31,574 bases of DNA from Neisseriaceae bacterium (GCA_017518785.1 JAFWUA010000159.1:1-31574), one strand, 5' to 3'. Shown: positions 1 to 11,244, counted from the stretch's first letter. Notes: a model not told the origin generated them from the letters alone. Translations and numbers: made by a program.

Positions 1-1
1 A

Positions 2-343
2 GGTTTTGCTTTGTCATACGATGATTTGATGACTATTAAAATTCCAGTGATTGTTTATCTTAATTATCGTAGGAATAATCATTTTTCGGTTTTAACTGGA
101 ATTAATGCTAAAACAGTTAGTTTAGCAGACCCTAATTGGGGCCATATTACTATGAGTAAAGAGCAATTTATTAAGTCTTGGCATACTACTAATCAAGAGA
201 CTGCCGGAAAGATTTTGGCAATTGTGCCAACTAATGAAGAGATGTTTATATTAAGTAATAGTAATTTCTTTGATAAAAATCCTAAACGCTCAACTGATTT
301 TATTGTGAAACAATTCAAAAAAATTATGCGAAATTTATTTTAA
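2..343 (+). CDS. C39 family peptidase-like protein, C-terminal part (5' end outside window)
   Basis: Frame is open from the window edge (GFALSYDDL...). IPVIVYL, NHFSVL, VSLADPNWG and GKILAIVP match the His/Asp half of C39 peptidase domains. It stops right after the domain. Confidence 0.75.
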   Translation, partial: GFALSYDDLMTIKIPVIVYLNYRRNNHFSVLTGINAKTVSLADPNWGHITMSKEQFIKSWHTTNQETAGKILAIVPTNEEMFILSNSNFFDKNPKRSTDFIVKQFKKIMRNLF

Positions 344-811
344 TTTATATATTCCGCTATTATCTATTTGTTTTGCAATTTCAGATATTTTTGTGCCATT
401 GATACAATAATCTGGTGCAATTTCCAATAAAGGTAGGATTACAAAAGAACGTTCAATTGCACGAGGGTGAGGAAGTGTGAGTTTGGGGTCATTACTATTT
501 TCATTGGCATAGTCGATAATATCCAAATCCAAAGTACGAGGGGAATTTGTAAATAATCTTACTCTGCCGGAAATATTTTCTATATGTTGTAAGTGTGAGA
601 GTAAATCGTATTTGTCTAAATCGGTTTCTAATAATGTTACTGCATTTATAAAATCAGGTTGGTCAAGATAGCCTACTGGTTTGCTACAATATAGCGATGA
701 TACTTTGATAATACTGCTTTCCGGCAGACTTTGTAATTGTAAGATAGCATCGTAAATATGTTGTTTGGGATTATCTAAATTACTACCCAATGCAATAACA
801 GCTTGTTTCAT
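335..811 (-). CDS. folK: 2-amino-4-hydroxy-6-hydroxymethyldihydropteridine diphosphokinase
   Basis: IALGSNL, QPDFINAV, PRTLDLDII and LTLPHPR motifs. The ATG at 811 overlaps the pcnB stop (ATGA), so the track's longer start at 949 is unlikely. Confidence 0.95.
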   Translation of the reverse strand: MKQAVIALGSNLDNPKQHIYDAILQLQSLPESSIIKVSSLYCSKPVGYLDQPDFINAVTLLETDLDKYDLLSHLQHIENISGRVRLFTNSPRTLDLDIIDYANENSNDPKLTLPHPRAIERSFVILPLLEIAPDYCINGTKISEIAKQIDNSGIYKLK

Positions 812-2142
812 GTTGTTTGTTCCGTGTTTTTTGTTGTTGCTTTTTTTCGTCTGGTGCGTTTTTTTGTTTTTTTGGGAGTGTTTTCTTGTGGTGGAAAAAG
901 CATTTTTTCGCGTTCTTCGCTTGATGCCTTTTGGAAATCTGTCCACCATTGTGCCTTTTCTGCGGAAGCGTTATCGCTTTGGGCACGCAATAGATAAAAA
1001 TCATAAGCAGCACGAAATGATGGTTGTGATAATAAACGTAATGGACGTTTGCCTTTGATTATTTCTAATTGTGGTTGTAATTTCCATATTTCACGCATCA
1101 TTGATAATAAACGACGTGGCATTCCCCAATCGGATTCATTATCGTTAATAACTTGTTTAATCGCAGTTTGCATGGCAGGGGAAGGCGGCATTCCTTGTGC
1201 AATGTTTTGTTGTTGTTGTTTTTCAACTTCTGACCATAGCATTGCTGCTAAAACAAATGATACTGCTACTGGTTTATCTTGTTGGACGCGTTCATCGGTT
1301 TTGATTAGTACTGTGTGTAAAAAATGTTTTCCGGCAGACTGTTTTGCATTGTCAGCAATGGCAAAAATTGGGTGAATATTTATAGGTATTCCTAATTCTT
1401 CTAACTGTAAAAAGCATTTGTATGCACGAGAACATAGAAGTTCTTTGCTGATTTCATCAAAGATACGTGCAGCTGGTTCTGCTTTTAGTAAGTGAGCATG
1501 TGTGCGTATGGCATCTTTAATATTGTTACTAATTTCAAAATCTAATTTAGAAGATAATCTTACAGCACGAAGCATACGCATTGGGTCTTCACGGAAACGT
1601 TCGGTAGGATTACCTATCATTACTAATCGGCGATTGTTAATGTCATTTAATGCACCAACGTCATCGAAAATTAATTCTGAAACAGGGTCGTAATAAAGTG
1701 CGTTGCAGGTGAAATCTCGTCTTTGTGCATCGCTTTGACGCGTGCCAAAGGTATCATCACGCATGATGCGTCCGTGTTCGTTGTGTGTGTTGGTATTACC
1801 ACGAAATGTGGTAATTTCTACGATTTCTTTTCCGACAAATACATGTACAATCGGAAAACGTTTGCCAATAATTCGACTTCTTCTTTTAAATACTTTGCGA
1901 ATTTCATCTGGGGTAGCATTGGTTGCCACATCAAAATCTTTTGGTTTGCGTTCTAATAGTAAATCTCGTACCGCACCTCCTACTATATAGGCTTCGAATC
2001 CAGCTTGATGCAAAAGATTTACGGTTTTTTTTGCTGCCAAACTTAACATATTTGAGCGTAAATTATGTTGGGTTCGATCTAATTTCTGCGGATGAGGATT
2101 GTTGGTTTTACGCAGAATTTTTCTTATAACTCTTTTAATCAT
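808..2142 (-). CDS. pcnB: Poly(A) polymerase I
   Basis: VGGAVRDLLL...KDFDVAT, PAP signature IIGKRFPIVHV, DAQRRDFTCNALYY, RFREDPMRMLRA, FRAAYDF and a basic C-terminal tail. Confidence 0.93.
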   Translation of the reverse strand: MIKRVIRKILRKTNNPHPQKLDRTQHNLRSNMLSLAAKKTVNLLHQAGFEAYIVGGAVRDLLLERKPKDFDVATNATPDEIRKVFKRRSRIIGKRFPIVHVFVGKEIVEITTFRGNTNTHNEHGRIMRDDTFGTRQSDAQRRDFTCNALYYDPVSELIFDDVGALNDINNRRLVMIGNPTERFREDPMRMLRAVRLSSKLDFEISNNIKDAIRTHAHLLKAEPAARIFDEISKELLCSRAYKCFLQLEELGIPINIHPIFAIADNAKQSAGKHFLHTVLIKTDERVQQDKPVAVSFVLAAMLWSEVEKQQQQNIAQGMPPSPAMQTAIKQVINDNESDWGMPRRLLSMMREIWKLQPQLEIIKGKRPLRLLSQPSFRAAYDFYLLRAQSDNASAEKAQWWTDFQKASSEEREKMLFPPQENTPKKTKKRTRRKKATTKNTEQTT

Positions 2143-2198
2143 AGTGTTTAATTTATTAATTTAAGTTACTTTTATAATTTTTAAAGTCTGCCGGAAAT

Positions 2199-3308
2199 TT
2201 ACCGGTATTTATCAATATGTGAGGAAATTCCCATTAGCATTCCTAAAATAATCATTATGGAAAGTGTTGCAGTTCCTCCGTAACTTACTAATGGCAACGG
2301 CACTCCTACTACTGGCAAAATACCACTTACCATGCCCATATTTACAAAGGCGTAACAGAAAATTGTCATGGTTAGTGCTGCGGCTAATAATTGTCCATAT
2401 AATGTTTGTGCACGTGCAGCTATAAATAAGCCACGAGCGATCATTATTCCATATAAAATCAATAATATACAATTTCCAATAAAACCAAATTCTTCACTAA
2501 ATACAGCAAAGATGAAGTCTGTTGTACTTTCTGGAATATAGGCTAAATGCGTTTGGGAACCGCCTAACCAGCCTTTCCCCCAAAATCCACCTGAACCAAT
2601 AGCGGTTATTGATTGCAAAATATGGTATCCAGCACCCAAACGGTCTTGTTCTGGATTGAATAAGGTTAAGATGCGTTGGCGTTGATAATCGTGTAAGCCG
2701 TATTGCCACATTAGTGGAATGGAAATAATGCCGGCAAAAATTGCTCCAAAAATCACTTTCCATGGCAGACCAGCAAAGAAAATCACAAATAAACCAGATG
2801 CACTAATTAAAATTGCAGTACCTAAATCAGGTTGTTTAAGAATAAAAAATACTGGTAGAGCAATTAATATCAAAGCGATAAGGTAGTGATACCAACGCAA
2901 TATGTTTTCATGGCGTTGAAAATACCATGCTAATAACATCGGTAAGGCGATTTTCATAATTTCGGACGGTTGAATACGTACGCCAACATTTATCCAGCGA
3001 GTCGAACCATTTACCGTTATTCCAAATAAATGTACACCTAATAATAACAGTAAACCGACAGCATACATTGGAAGTGCAAAATTGCTTAGAAATTGCGGAC
3101 GACTTTTGGCTAATACCCACATTACGATTAAACCTAATACGGTATAAACCGCTTTGCGTCCTAATTGCCCAAAATCTTGTCCATCGGCAGAATAAAGCAA
3201 AAATAAACTCATCACATAGATAATCATCATGTCGATGATTAACCATTTATCCAAAGGTTTTAGCACAAAACTGATAAAACGATTGATGAGATTGGGGGGG
3301 TTACTCAT
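2199..3308 (-). CDS. rodA: Rod shape-determining SEDS glycosyltransferase RodA
   Basis: GSTRWI, IQPSEIMK, QPDLGT, PESTTDFIF and LPLVSYGG motifs. Directly downstream of mrdA; start taken at ATG 3308 (MSNPP). Confidence 0.95.
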   Translation of the reverse strand: MSNPPNLINRFISFVLKPLDKWLIIDMMIIYVMSLFLLYSADGQDFGQLGRKAVYTVLGLIVMWVLAKSRPQFLSNFALPMYAVGLLLLLGVHLFGITVNGSTRWINVGVRIQPSEIMKIALPMLLAWYFQRHENILRWYHYLIALILIALPVFFILKQPDLGTAILISASGLFVIFFAGLPWKVIFGAIFAGIISIPLMWQYGLHDYQRQRILTLFNPEQDRLGAGYHILQSITAIGSGGFWGKGWLGGSQTHLAYIPESTTDFIFAVFSEEFGFIGNCILLILYGIMIARGLFIAARAQTLYGQLLAAALTMTIFCYAFVNMGMVSGILPVVGVPLPLVSYGGTATLSIMIILGMLMGISSHIDKYR

Positions 3309-5334
3309 TAGTTTTTTCCTGTGCTGTTTCCGGCAGTGTTTCTTGTGTTGGTTGGGGTTTGCGTATAAATGCAGCTTGTAAACCACGAGGGGTAGACACT
3401 GCCGGAACAATTGTTTGTTTAGTGGTTTCGGTATCTTCTTTTTCTTCTTTGGGATATTGTAGTAGATAATAATCAATTAGTTGGCGTGCCAATGGGGCAG
3501 CATTTACGCCCCAACCGCCATTTTCCAAAATAACTGCTACTGCAATGCGTGGTTTTTCTACCGGTGCAAAGGCTATAAACCAAGCGTGATCGCGATAGCG
3601 TTCTGCTAATGCGGCAGCATTATATGATGCACCTTGTTTGATTCGAACCACTTGTGCTGTACCGGTTTTACCTGCCATGCTGTATTTTAATCCTGCTCCA
3701 ATTTTGGAGGCAGTACCACCTGGTTGTAATACATATTGCATACCTCTTTTTACATAGCGAAAATGTTCTGGTTTGTAGGGGACAATTCGACTTGGTTCTG
3801 GTTCGATAATGGTGCTTTGACGATTTTCATAATCCAAAATTTGTGAAACCAAATGCGGACGATAAACCTTTCCATCTGCCGATAAAATTGCGGTAGCAAA
3901 CGCCATTTGTAAGGGTGTATATGCATTGTATCCTTGACCAATACTAACACTTACCATGTCTGCCGGAATCCATTGTCTTTGTGCAGGTTTGGCTTTGGCA
4001 AAGCGTTTTTCTTTCCATTCTCGACTTGGCAGTACTCCAATATATTCATGTGGCAAATCAATACCTGTTTTTTGACCTAATCCAAATGGTGCTAAATATT
4101 CTCGTGTTTTGTCGATACCTAATTTGTAACCTAATTGATAAAAAAAGGTATCTGATGAAACTTGTAGTGCTTTGGTAAGCCCAATCGTACCGTGTCCTGC
4201 ACGTACTGAATCACGAAATTGATGGCGAGACCCTGGCAGACTCCAAGATCCAGGTGAGTAAATCATGGAGTTAGCAGTAATAGTGCCACTTTCTAATAAT
4301 GCCATCGACATAAAAGGCTTAAAAGTTGAACCTGGTGGATATAAACCTTGTGTAACTCGATTAATCAGAGGACGTTGCCAATTATTATTAAGTTGATTCC
4401 AAGTTTCGGCATCAATGCCATCTATAAAGAGATTGGGGTCAAAAGTTGGTTTGGAAACAAAGGCTAATACATTGCCACTTTGGGGATCAATGGCTACCAT
4501 AGCCCCACGTTTCCTTCCTAAAATGCGATGTGCTTCTTGTTGAACACGAATATCCATGCCTAATTTAAGCATTTGTCCTGTTTTAGGAGGAACTGTGCGT
4601 AATACGCGGACTATATTGCCTTGTGCATCTTTTTCTACTTCCTTAAATCCTGGTACCCCATGTAATTGTGGTTCATAAAATTGTTCTAAACCAGATTTGC
4701 CGATGTGAGTTGTACCGCGATACAAAGCATTCCAGTTGTTTTCATTAATAAAATCTTTATCACGCTGGCTAATTCTGCCAATATATCCCACAAAATGTGC
4801 AGTTAAATCACCAAATGGATATTCACGAAAGGTGCGTGCATTAATTTGTACTCCCGGAAAACGATATAATTCTGATGCAAGCCGTCCGGCTTCATCTGAT
4901 TTAAGTTTCATTTTTAACGGAATATTGTCGTATGCACGATAATCAGTGCGAAATTTGCGAAAACGTTTTAAATCATCTTCGGTAATATTCACGTAATTTT
5001 TTAAAGATTCAATCACTTCTTCCAAAGGACGGTTTAAATCATTAGGGATAATTTCCAAAGAAAAAGCGGTGTAATTACGTGCTAATACTACACCATTGGT
5101 ATCGACAATTTCACCGCGTATGGGAGGGGTTGGCAATAGTGAAATGCGATTACTGCGAGCACGATTTGAATAATATTCATGTTGTGTGATTTGTAAATGG
5201 TAAAAACGTGCTGCCAATACTATAAATAAAATAATCACAAAGATAAAAACAACAATTAGCCGTCCTTCAAAACGGTATTTGCTACTATTTTGATTGACAG
5301 ATGATATTTTTTTGAATTGGCGTTGTATTTCCAT
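3301..5334 (-). CDS. mrdA: Penicillin-binding protein 2
   Basis: N-terminal TM segment, RGEIVDTNG, STFK active site, SSD (PBP2-type SxD) and KTGTAQ. Lies in the mre operon. Confidence 0.95.
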   Translation of the reverse strand: MEIQRQFKKISSVNQNSSKYRFEGRLIVVFIFVIILFIVLAARFYHLQITQHEYYSNRARSNRISLLPTPPIRGEIVDTNGVVLARNYTAFSLEIIPNDLNRPLEEVIESLKNYVNITEDDLKRFRKFRTDYRAYDNIPLKMKLKSDEAGRLASELYRFPGVQINARTFREYPFGDLTAHFVGYIGRISQRDKDFINENNWNALYRGTTHIGKSGLEQFYEPQLHGVPGFKEVEKDAQGNIVRVLRTVPPKTGQMLKLGMDIRVQQEAHRILGRKRGAMVAIDPQSGNVLAFVSKPTFDPNLFIDGIDAETWNQLNNNWQRPLINRVTQGLYPPGSTFKPFMSMALLESGTITANSMIYSPGSWSLPGSRHQFRDSVRAGHGTIGLTKALQVSSDTFFYQLGYKLGIDKTREYLAPFGLGQKTGIDLPHEYIGVLPSREWKEKRFAKAKPAQRQWIPADMVSVSIGQGYNAYTPLQMAFATAILSADGKVYRPHLVSQILDYENRQSTIIEPEPSRIVPYKPEHFRYVKRGMQYVLQPGGTASKIGAGLKYSMAGKTGTAQVVRIKQGASYNAAALAERYRDHAWFIAFAPVEKPRIAVAVILENGGWGVNAAPLARQLIDYYLLQYPKEEKEDTETTKQTIVPAVSTPRGLQAAFIRKPQPTQETLPETAQEKTNE

Positions 5335-5829
5335 TTATATCTGTTTAGAAAATATTTTGAACATCAATTTATTAAGTAGTGGCCATAATAAGGCAGTGGT
5401 AATAGGAGGTATAAAAAAATACCAGCCGATAAATTGCTTCATGATTAATGCCCATGATATTGCCATTACCACTCTACTAATCAATAGTGCAATGCCAATC
5501 ATAATGGCTTGCATACCAAAATCGTAAATAATAATTTGTTGACGACGTTGTAAAATAAAGAAAGCTGCACATAAATATGCCAAAGCGTGAAAGCCTAATG
5601 TTGAACCACATAATATATCAACTATGATTCCTACCAAGAATACTGTACCTAATTGTAGCGATGATGGACGATTGAGTATCCAAAATAGCAAAATCATGCC
5701 TATCCAGTCTGGTAGCCAAAAGAAATAAGTTGTCTGCCAAGGAAATACAGATAAAATCAAGGCAATAAGACAACTGGTAATAATAAAGTTGCGTGTTGAG
5801 TGCTTACGTAGTCTTTCCCAGATTTTCAC
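5335..5829 (-). CDS. mreD: Rod shape-determining protein MreD
   Basis: Hydrophobic 164 aa with PDW...FW and GIIVDILCGSTLGFHAL. Sits between mreC and mrdA; GTG start. Confidence 0.9.
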   Translation of the reverse strand: MKIWERLRKHSTRNFIITSCLIALILSVFPWQTTYFFWLPDWIGMILLFWILNRPSSLQLGTVFLVGIIVDILCGSTLGFHALAYLCAAFFILQRRQQIIIYDFGMQAIMIGIALLISRVVMAISWALIMKQFIGWYFFIPPITTALLWPLLNKLMFKIFSKQI

Positions 5830-5832
5830 GAT

Positions 5833-6714
5833 TTATCCTTTGTTTTGAATTTTTGTTTCCGGCAGACTATCTTCTATAACTTCTTGGGGGCGATTGTGCG
5901 GAAGAATTAATACATAACGTATTGTTTGTGCACTGCCAAAGTCTTGTACTACGGTTCGATAGTAAGGAGTTCCAGCAGCTGTTTCTAAACGAATAACTCG
6001 TGCAACTGGTATGCCGGCAGGATAGTGTGAATCTATACCTGATGTTAATAAAATATCACCAGCATGTAAGTCTTCTTCCAATGGAAAGTAACGTAAGTCC
6101 AAATGAGTGGTATCACCATAGATTAAAGTGCGATAACCTGTGCGTGCTACCATTACCGGAATGATTGTATTTTGATGTTTAAGTAGAGTCATTTGTGAAT
6201 TATGCGGACTTACTGCGGTGATTTGTCCAATTAAACCATGTCCATCGATTACCGGTTGTCCTGTGGATACCCCATCTTCACTGCCTTTATCCAAAGTGAA
6301 ACGTACTGCTACCATATCTCTGCCGGTAGAAATTACTTGTGCAGAAGTTACTGGTTTTACGCCATTTTGGGTTAAATGAAGTAATTGTTTAAGTTCTTCA
6401 TTTTCGCGTAATAAGGTTTGGCTACGTGCCACTTGTGCCGATAGCAAAGTGTTTTGTCGTGATAAGTTATCGTTAGCAGTTATTAGATAGTTTTGGCGAG
6501 TTACAAATTCTCGCATATATTTCCACCATGTTTGCGGTAATTGTAATACTCGTTGTATGGGTGCTGATGCGGATAGTAAGTTATTGCGAGTACGTTCAGT
6601 TATATGCAAGCGTGAATCTGCAATTAAAAGAGATAGCGATAATAAGCCCAACACAATAAATTTGGTTATGGGTTGCAAACCACCTTTGGTAAAACTTAAC
6701 GATTCTTGATTCAT
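5833..6714 (-). CDS. mreC: Rod shape-determining protein MreC
   Basis: TM plus coiled coil (ENEELKQLL), LDKGSEDGV, GLIGQI and LLTSGIDSHYPAGIPVARV. Confidence 0.93.
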   Translation of the reverse strand: MNQESLSFTKGGLQPITKFIVLGLLSLSLLIADSRLHITERTRNNLLSASAPIQRVLQLPQTWWKYMREFVTRQNYLITANDNLSRQNTLLSAQVARSQTLLRENEELKQLLHLTQNGVKPVTSAQVISTGRDMVAVRFTLDKGSEDGVSTGQPVIDGHGLIGQITAVSPHNSQMTLLKHQNTIIPVMVARTGYRTLIYGDTTHLDLRYFPLEEDLHAGDILLTSGIDSHYPAGIPVARVIRLETAAGTPYYRTVVQDFGSAQTIRYVLILPHNRPQEVIEDSLPETKIQNKG

Positions 6715-6734
6715 GAAAATACTACGATTATATA

Positions 6735-6766
6735 AAAAGACACTGATGCCTCATTTGACATCAGTG
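6735..6766 (-). terminator. Intrinsic terminator-like hairpin between mreB and mreC (non-DUS)
   Basis: Minus strand reads CACTGATGTC-AAATGA-GGCATCAGTG followed by TCTTTTT. Confidence 0.6.
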
Positions 6767-6778
6767 ATTTTCGCATAA

Positions 6779-7831
<1,053 letters not shown>

Positions 7832-8011
7832 CTAATTTTAAATTTATTTACTGTTACTTGTGCCAGTTTATATATCAATCAATATAGGCATCTAATTTTC
7901 GGTTATAATTGCAGGATTGATATGTCTTAAAATTTTTGACACACATCAAAGGCACAATGATAACCGATAACTATATTGTTTAACAAACTATTTTAATAAG
8001 GATTTTAAATA

Positions 8012-8299
8012 ATGGCATTAACTCTTGCTGATGTAGACAAAATAGCGAGTCTTTCTCGCCTATTTTTAAGCGATGAGGAAAAACAATCAACGCTAACTCA
8101 ACTCAACAATATCTTCGATTTAATCGCACAAATGCAATCTGTAAATACAGACGGTGTAGAACCTTTAAGCCACCCACATGAATATCCGCAACGTTTGCGT
8201 GAAGATGTGGTTACCGAACCTAATCGCCGTGAAGAGTATCAAGCAATTGCACCACAATTAGGCGAAAACTTATATTTGGTACCCAAAGTTATTGAATAA
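8012..8299 (+). CDS. gatC: Asp/Glu-tRNA amidotransferase subunit C
   Basis: [26 protein letters not shown] and [16 protein letters not shown] upstream. Confidence 0.95.
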   Translation: MALTLADVDKIASLSRLFLSDEEKQSTLTQLNNIFDLIAQMQSVNTDGVEPLSHPHEYPQRLREDVVTEPNRREEYQAIAPQLGENLYLVPKVIE

Positions 8300-8327
8300 A
8301 GTCTGCCGGAAAGTGTTCCGGCAGACT
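8300..8327 (+). terminator. DUS inverted-repeat hairpin after gatC
   Basis: AGTCTGCCGGAA-AGTG-TTCCGGCAGACT immediately after the stop codon; weak U-tract. Confidence 0.6.
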
Positions 8328-8439
8328 GTTGATAGTCGGTTTGTAACAAAATTCACCATTGTTGATTCGCTTTGCTGTGTTTTGACTTTTAAATCGACTG
8401 CTATATTGATTAAACATTTTATAAATTAAAGAGTTAATT

Positions 8440-9891
8440 ATGAATACTCAACTTACATTAAAACAATGTAGTGACTTATTACAACATAAAAAAACATCTG
8501 CGGTTGAATTGGCACAAACCTATTTATCCGCAATTGAACAAAAAAATCCAAGTATCAATGCCTATATTACTTTGGATAAAGAAAAAACTTTAAACGATGC
8601 ACGTATTGCAGATGAGCGTCTTGCTAATGGTTCCGGCAGTCTTTTAACAGGAGTTCCGATTGCTTATAAGGATATTTTCTGTCATCAAGGTTGGAGAAGT
8701 GCTTGTTCTTCCAAGATGTTGGATAACTTTATCTCGCCTTATACTGCAACGGTGGTGCAAAATTTAGTCAATGAGGGCATGGTTACTTTGGGACGTGCCA
8801 ATATGGACGAATTTGCTATGGGCTCAACCACCGAATCTTCGTTTTATGGCATCACTCGTAATCCTTGGAAAACCGAACATTTACCAGGTGGGTCATCAGG
8901 CGGTTCGGCGGCAGTAGTGGCAGCTCGCCTTGCTCCTTGTGCTTTGGGTAGTGATACTGGTGGCTCGATTCGCCAACCGGCATCTCATTGTGGTATTACA
9001 GGTTTAAAACCAACTTATGGTGTGGTTTCTCGTTTTGGCATGGTAGCGTATGCGTCCAGTTTCGATCAAGCAGGACCGATGGCACAAACAGCCGAAGATT
9101 GTGCTTTATTACTCAATGCTATGGCAGGATTTGATCCTAACGATTCCACATCAGTGGAACGTGAAAAAGAAGATTACACACGAGAATTAAATCAATTGTT
9201 AAATGGAGTCAAAATCGGCCTGCCCAAAGAGTATTTTGGTGAAGGTTGTGAGACGGAAGTACAAAAAAACATTCAAAATGTTATTGAGTTATTAAAAAAA
9301 TTAGGTGTTGAATTTATAGATATTAGCTTACCTAATACCGAATTGAGCATTCCAGCCTATTACGTATTAGCCTGTGCCGAAGCCAGCACTAACTTATCGC
9401 GTTTTGACGGTGTGCGTTATGGTTACCGTACGTCAGAATACAAAGATTTGGAAGAAATGTACTGCAAAACACGAGCCGAAGGCTTTGGCGAAGAAGTAAA
9501 ACGTAGAATTATGATTGGCACATACGTGTTATCGCATGGTTATTACGATGCTTATTATGTTAAGGCACAAAAACTACGCCGTATGATTGCTCAAGATTTT
9601 CAAAATGCTTTTGCACAATGTGATGCTATTTTAACCCCAGTTGCACCAACTGCTGCTCCATTATTAGGTAGTATCTCATCAGATCCGGTTCAAATGTATC
9701 TATCTGATATTTATACATTATCGCTAAATTTGGCAGGTCTGCCAGGTTTGTCGACACCGGCTGGATTTACGGCTAACGGCTTACCAGTTGGAGTGCAATT
9801 AATTGGCAATCATTTTAATGAAGCAAAGCTTTTGAATATTGCTCATCAAATTCAGCAAAACAGTGATTGGCACTGCCGGAAACCTGATTGA
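8440..9891 (+). CDS. gatA: Asp/Glu-tRNA amidotransferase subunit A
   Basis: Amidase signature GGSSGGSAA...[13 protein letters not shown], plus [12 protein letters not shown] and [14 protein letters not shown]. Confidence 0.97.
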   Translation: MNTQLTLKQCSDLLQHKKTSAVELAQTYLSAIEQKNPSINAYITLDKEKTLNDARIADERLANGSGSLLTGVPIAYKDIFCHQGWRSACSSKMLDNFISPYTATVVQNLVNEGMVTLGRANMDEFAMGSTTESSFYGITRNPWKTEHLPGGSSGGSAAVVAARLAPCALGSDTGGSIRQPASHCGITGLKPTYGVVSRFGMVAYASSFDQAGPMAQTAEDCALLLNAMAGFDPNDSTSVEREKEDYTRELNQLLNGVKIGLPKEYFGEGCETEVQKNIQNVIELLKKLGVEFIDISLPNTELSIPAYYVLACAEASTNLSRFDGVRYGYRTSEYKDLEEMYCKTRAEGFGEEVKRRIMIGTYVLSHGYYDAYYVKAQKLRRMIAQDFQNAFAQCDAILTPVAPTAAPLLGSISSDPVQMYLSDIYTLSLNLAGLPGLSTPAGFTANGLPVGVQLIGNHFNEAKLLNIAHQIQQNSDWHCRKPD

Positions 9892-9929
9892 TTGTAATTT
9901 ACGTAATATCATTAAATACAGTAGTTAAT

Positions 9930-10007
9930 ATTAAATAATATTACCCACTTGTTACTTTTGCTGTTATAATTAAATAATATTACCCACTTGTTACTTTTGC
10001 TGTTATA
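9930..10007. repeat. Perfect 39-bp tandem duplication upstream of the TMEM165/GDT1 gene
   Basis: ATTAAATAATATTACCCACTTGTTACTTTTGCTGTTATA at 9930-9968 and 9969-10007. Confidence 0.95.
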
Positions 10008-10018
10008 GATTCAATATT

Positions 10019-10585
10019 ATGCTTGATGCCTTTTTTTCTTCCCTTGTCTTAATTTTTCTATCGGAAATGGGCGACAAAACTCAATTATTAGCCTTATTTT
10101 TAGCCGCACGTTTTCGTCAAAAATACGCCATAGTTTTAGGAATTTTGGTAGCAACTGTGGCAAATCATATCGTATCGGCTTGGTTGGGCGTATGGTTAAA
10201 TCGATTAATTGAAAATGGCATTTTGATATGGATAACCGGTATAGCTTTTATTGTTGTTGGTTTATGGTTATTAATTCCAGATAAAGATGATGAAAAACAA
10301 CAGAATATACGCTATGGTGCGTTTGTAACTACCTTAATTTTATTCTTCTTGGCAGAAATTGGCGATAAAACTCAAATTGCCACTGTGATTTTAGCGGTTA
10401 ATTATAACAGCGTATTAATTGTGGCATTGGGAAGTACCATAGGATTATTACTTGCTAATGCTCCTGTGATTTGGTTAGGCGAAAAACTTATGCAAAAAAT
10501 TCCAATTAAAGCCGTACATATTGCAGCTTGTGTTCTATTTTGTTTAACAGGAATATGGATTTTGTTAAAAACAATAATTACTTGA
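10019..10585 (+). CDS. TMEM165/GDT1 (UPF0016) family putative Mn2+/Ca2+ transporter
   Basis: Two ExGDKTQ motifs (EMGDKTQL, EIGDKTQI) and about 6 TM segments. Confidence 0.92.
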   Translation: MLDAFFSSLVLIFLSEMGDKTQLLALFLAARFRQKYAIVLGILVATVANHIVSAWLGVWLNRLIENGILIWITGIAFIVVGLWLLIPDKDDEKQQNIRYGAFVTTLILFFLAEIGDKTQIATVILAVNYNSVLIVALGSTIGLLLANAPVIWLGEKLMQKIPIKAVHIAACVLFCLTGIWILLKTIIT

Positions 10586-10600
10586 TTAATTTGATTTATA

Positions 10601-10640
10601 AGTCTGCCGGAAATGTATATAAATAGCTTTCCGGCAGACT
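10601..10640 (+). terminator. DUS inverted-repeat terminator
   Basis: AGTCTGCCGGAA at 10601 and TTCCGGCAGACT at 10629, followed by TT, downstream of the gene. Confidence 0.7.
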
Positions 10641-10667
10641 TTGGTTAATACTTTTGTAATACTAAAA

Positions 10668-10798
10668 GAGATTCCTGCAAAACTCGTCATTCTGAATTTC
10701 ACGAAGTGAAATGAAGAATCTAACTTATTGTTTATAAAGATTCTTCGCTACGCTCAAAATGACGAGTAATAGAAAAAATCAAGTTTTGCAGGAGTCTC
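10668..10798 (+). mobile_element. ~131-bp miniature TIR element, copy 1
   Basis: GAGATTCCTGCAAAACTCG...CAAGTTTTGCAGGAGTCTC; 4 differences from the copy at 13711; TAAAA on both flanks. Confidence 0.85.
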
Positions 10799-10839
10799 TA
10801 AAAATATAAGTCTGCCGGAAAATTATTTACATAATAATT

Positions 10840-10869
10840 TTGATAAAAACGGTTTTGTTGTATTACAAT
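10840..10869 (+). promoter_or_regulatory. Putative sigma70 promoter for the YbjQ pair
   Basis: TTGATA-18 bp-TACAAT. Confidence 0.45.
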
Positions 10870-10926
10870 GGTTATTGAGTAGCCGATTTCTTGTGCTACA
10901 TATTTTTTACTTTTTAAGGAGTTTAT

Positions 10927-11244
10927 ATGTTGTTGAGTAATGTGGAAATTGTACCAGATCGCAAAGTAATCAAACATTTAGGTTTGGTGCAAGGTTCAAC
11001 GGTTAGAGCAAAACATTTTGGGCGAGATTTTATGGCAGGCTTAAAAAATATCGTTGGTGGGGAATTAGTAGGTTATACCGAACTTCTTAACGAATCTCGC
11101 GATGAGGCTATACAACGCATGGTTGAGCAAGCACATCATTTAGGTGCTAATGCTGTGGTAAATATTCGTTTTGCTACGTCAAATGTTGCAGCTGGTGCGT
11201 CAGAAGTATTTGCATACGGTACCGCAGTTTTATTAGAAGGGTAA
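10927..11244 (+). CDS. YbjQ/UPF0145 family protein
   Basis: LGLVQGSTVRAKHFGRDFMAGLKNIVGGELVGYTELL...GANAVVNIRF...AYGTAV; AAGGAG RBS. Confidence 0.92.
   Translation: MLLSNVEIVPDRKVIKHLGLVQGSTVRAKHFGRDFMAGLKNIVGGELVGYTELLNESRDEAIQRMVEQAHHLGANAVVNIRFATSNVAAGASEVFAYGTAVLLEG

Noticed and set aside
2-343. C39 domain as part of an HlyB-type exporter for the RTX protein
   Set aside because: The ORF ends right after the peptidase domain with no TM or ABC domains, and lies 22 kb away.
812-949. 46-aa N-terminal extension of folK, and the similar 56-aa extension of rodA (3309-3476) and 16-aa extension of lysO (28090-28137)
   Set aside because: The folK and rodA extensions are alternate-frame reads of the upstream gene's tail, and the lysO one is AT-rich intergenic sequence. 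Internal ATGs give family-typical lengths.
9892-10018. yybP-ykoY manganese riboswitch expected upstream of a GDT1-family gene
   Set aside because: The leader is short, AT-rich and mostly the 39-bp duplication; I see no conserved riboswitch motifs or stems.
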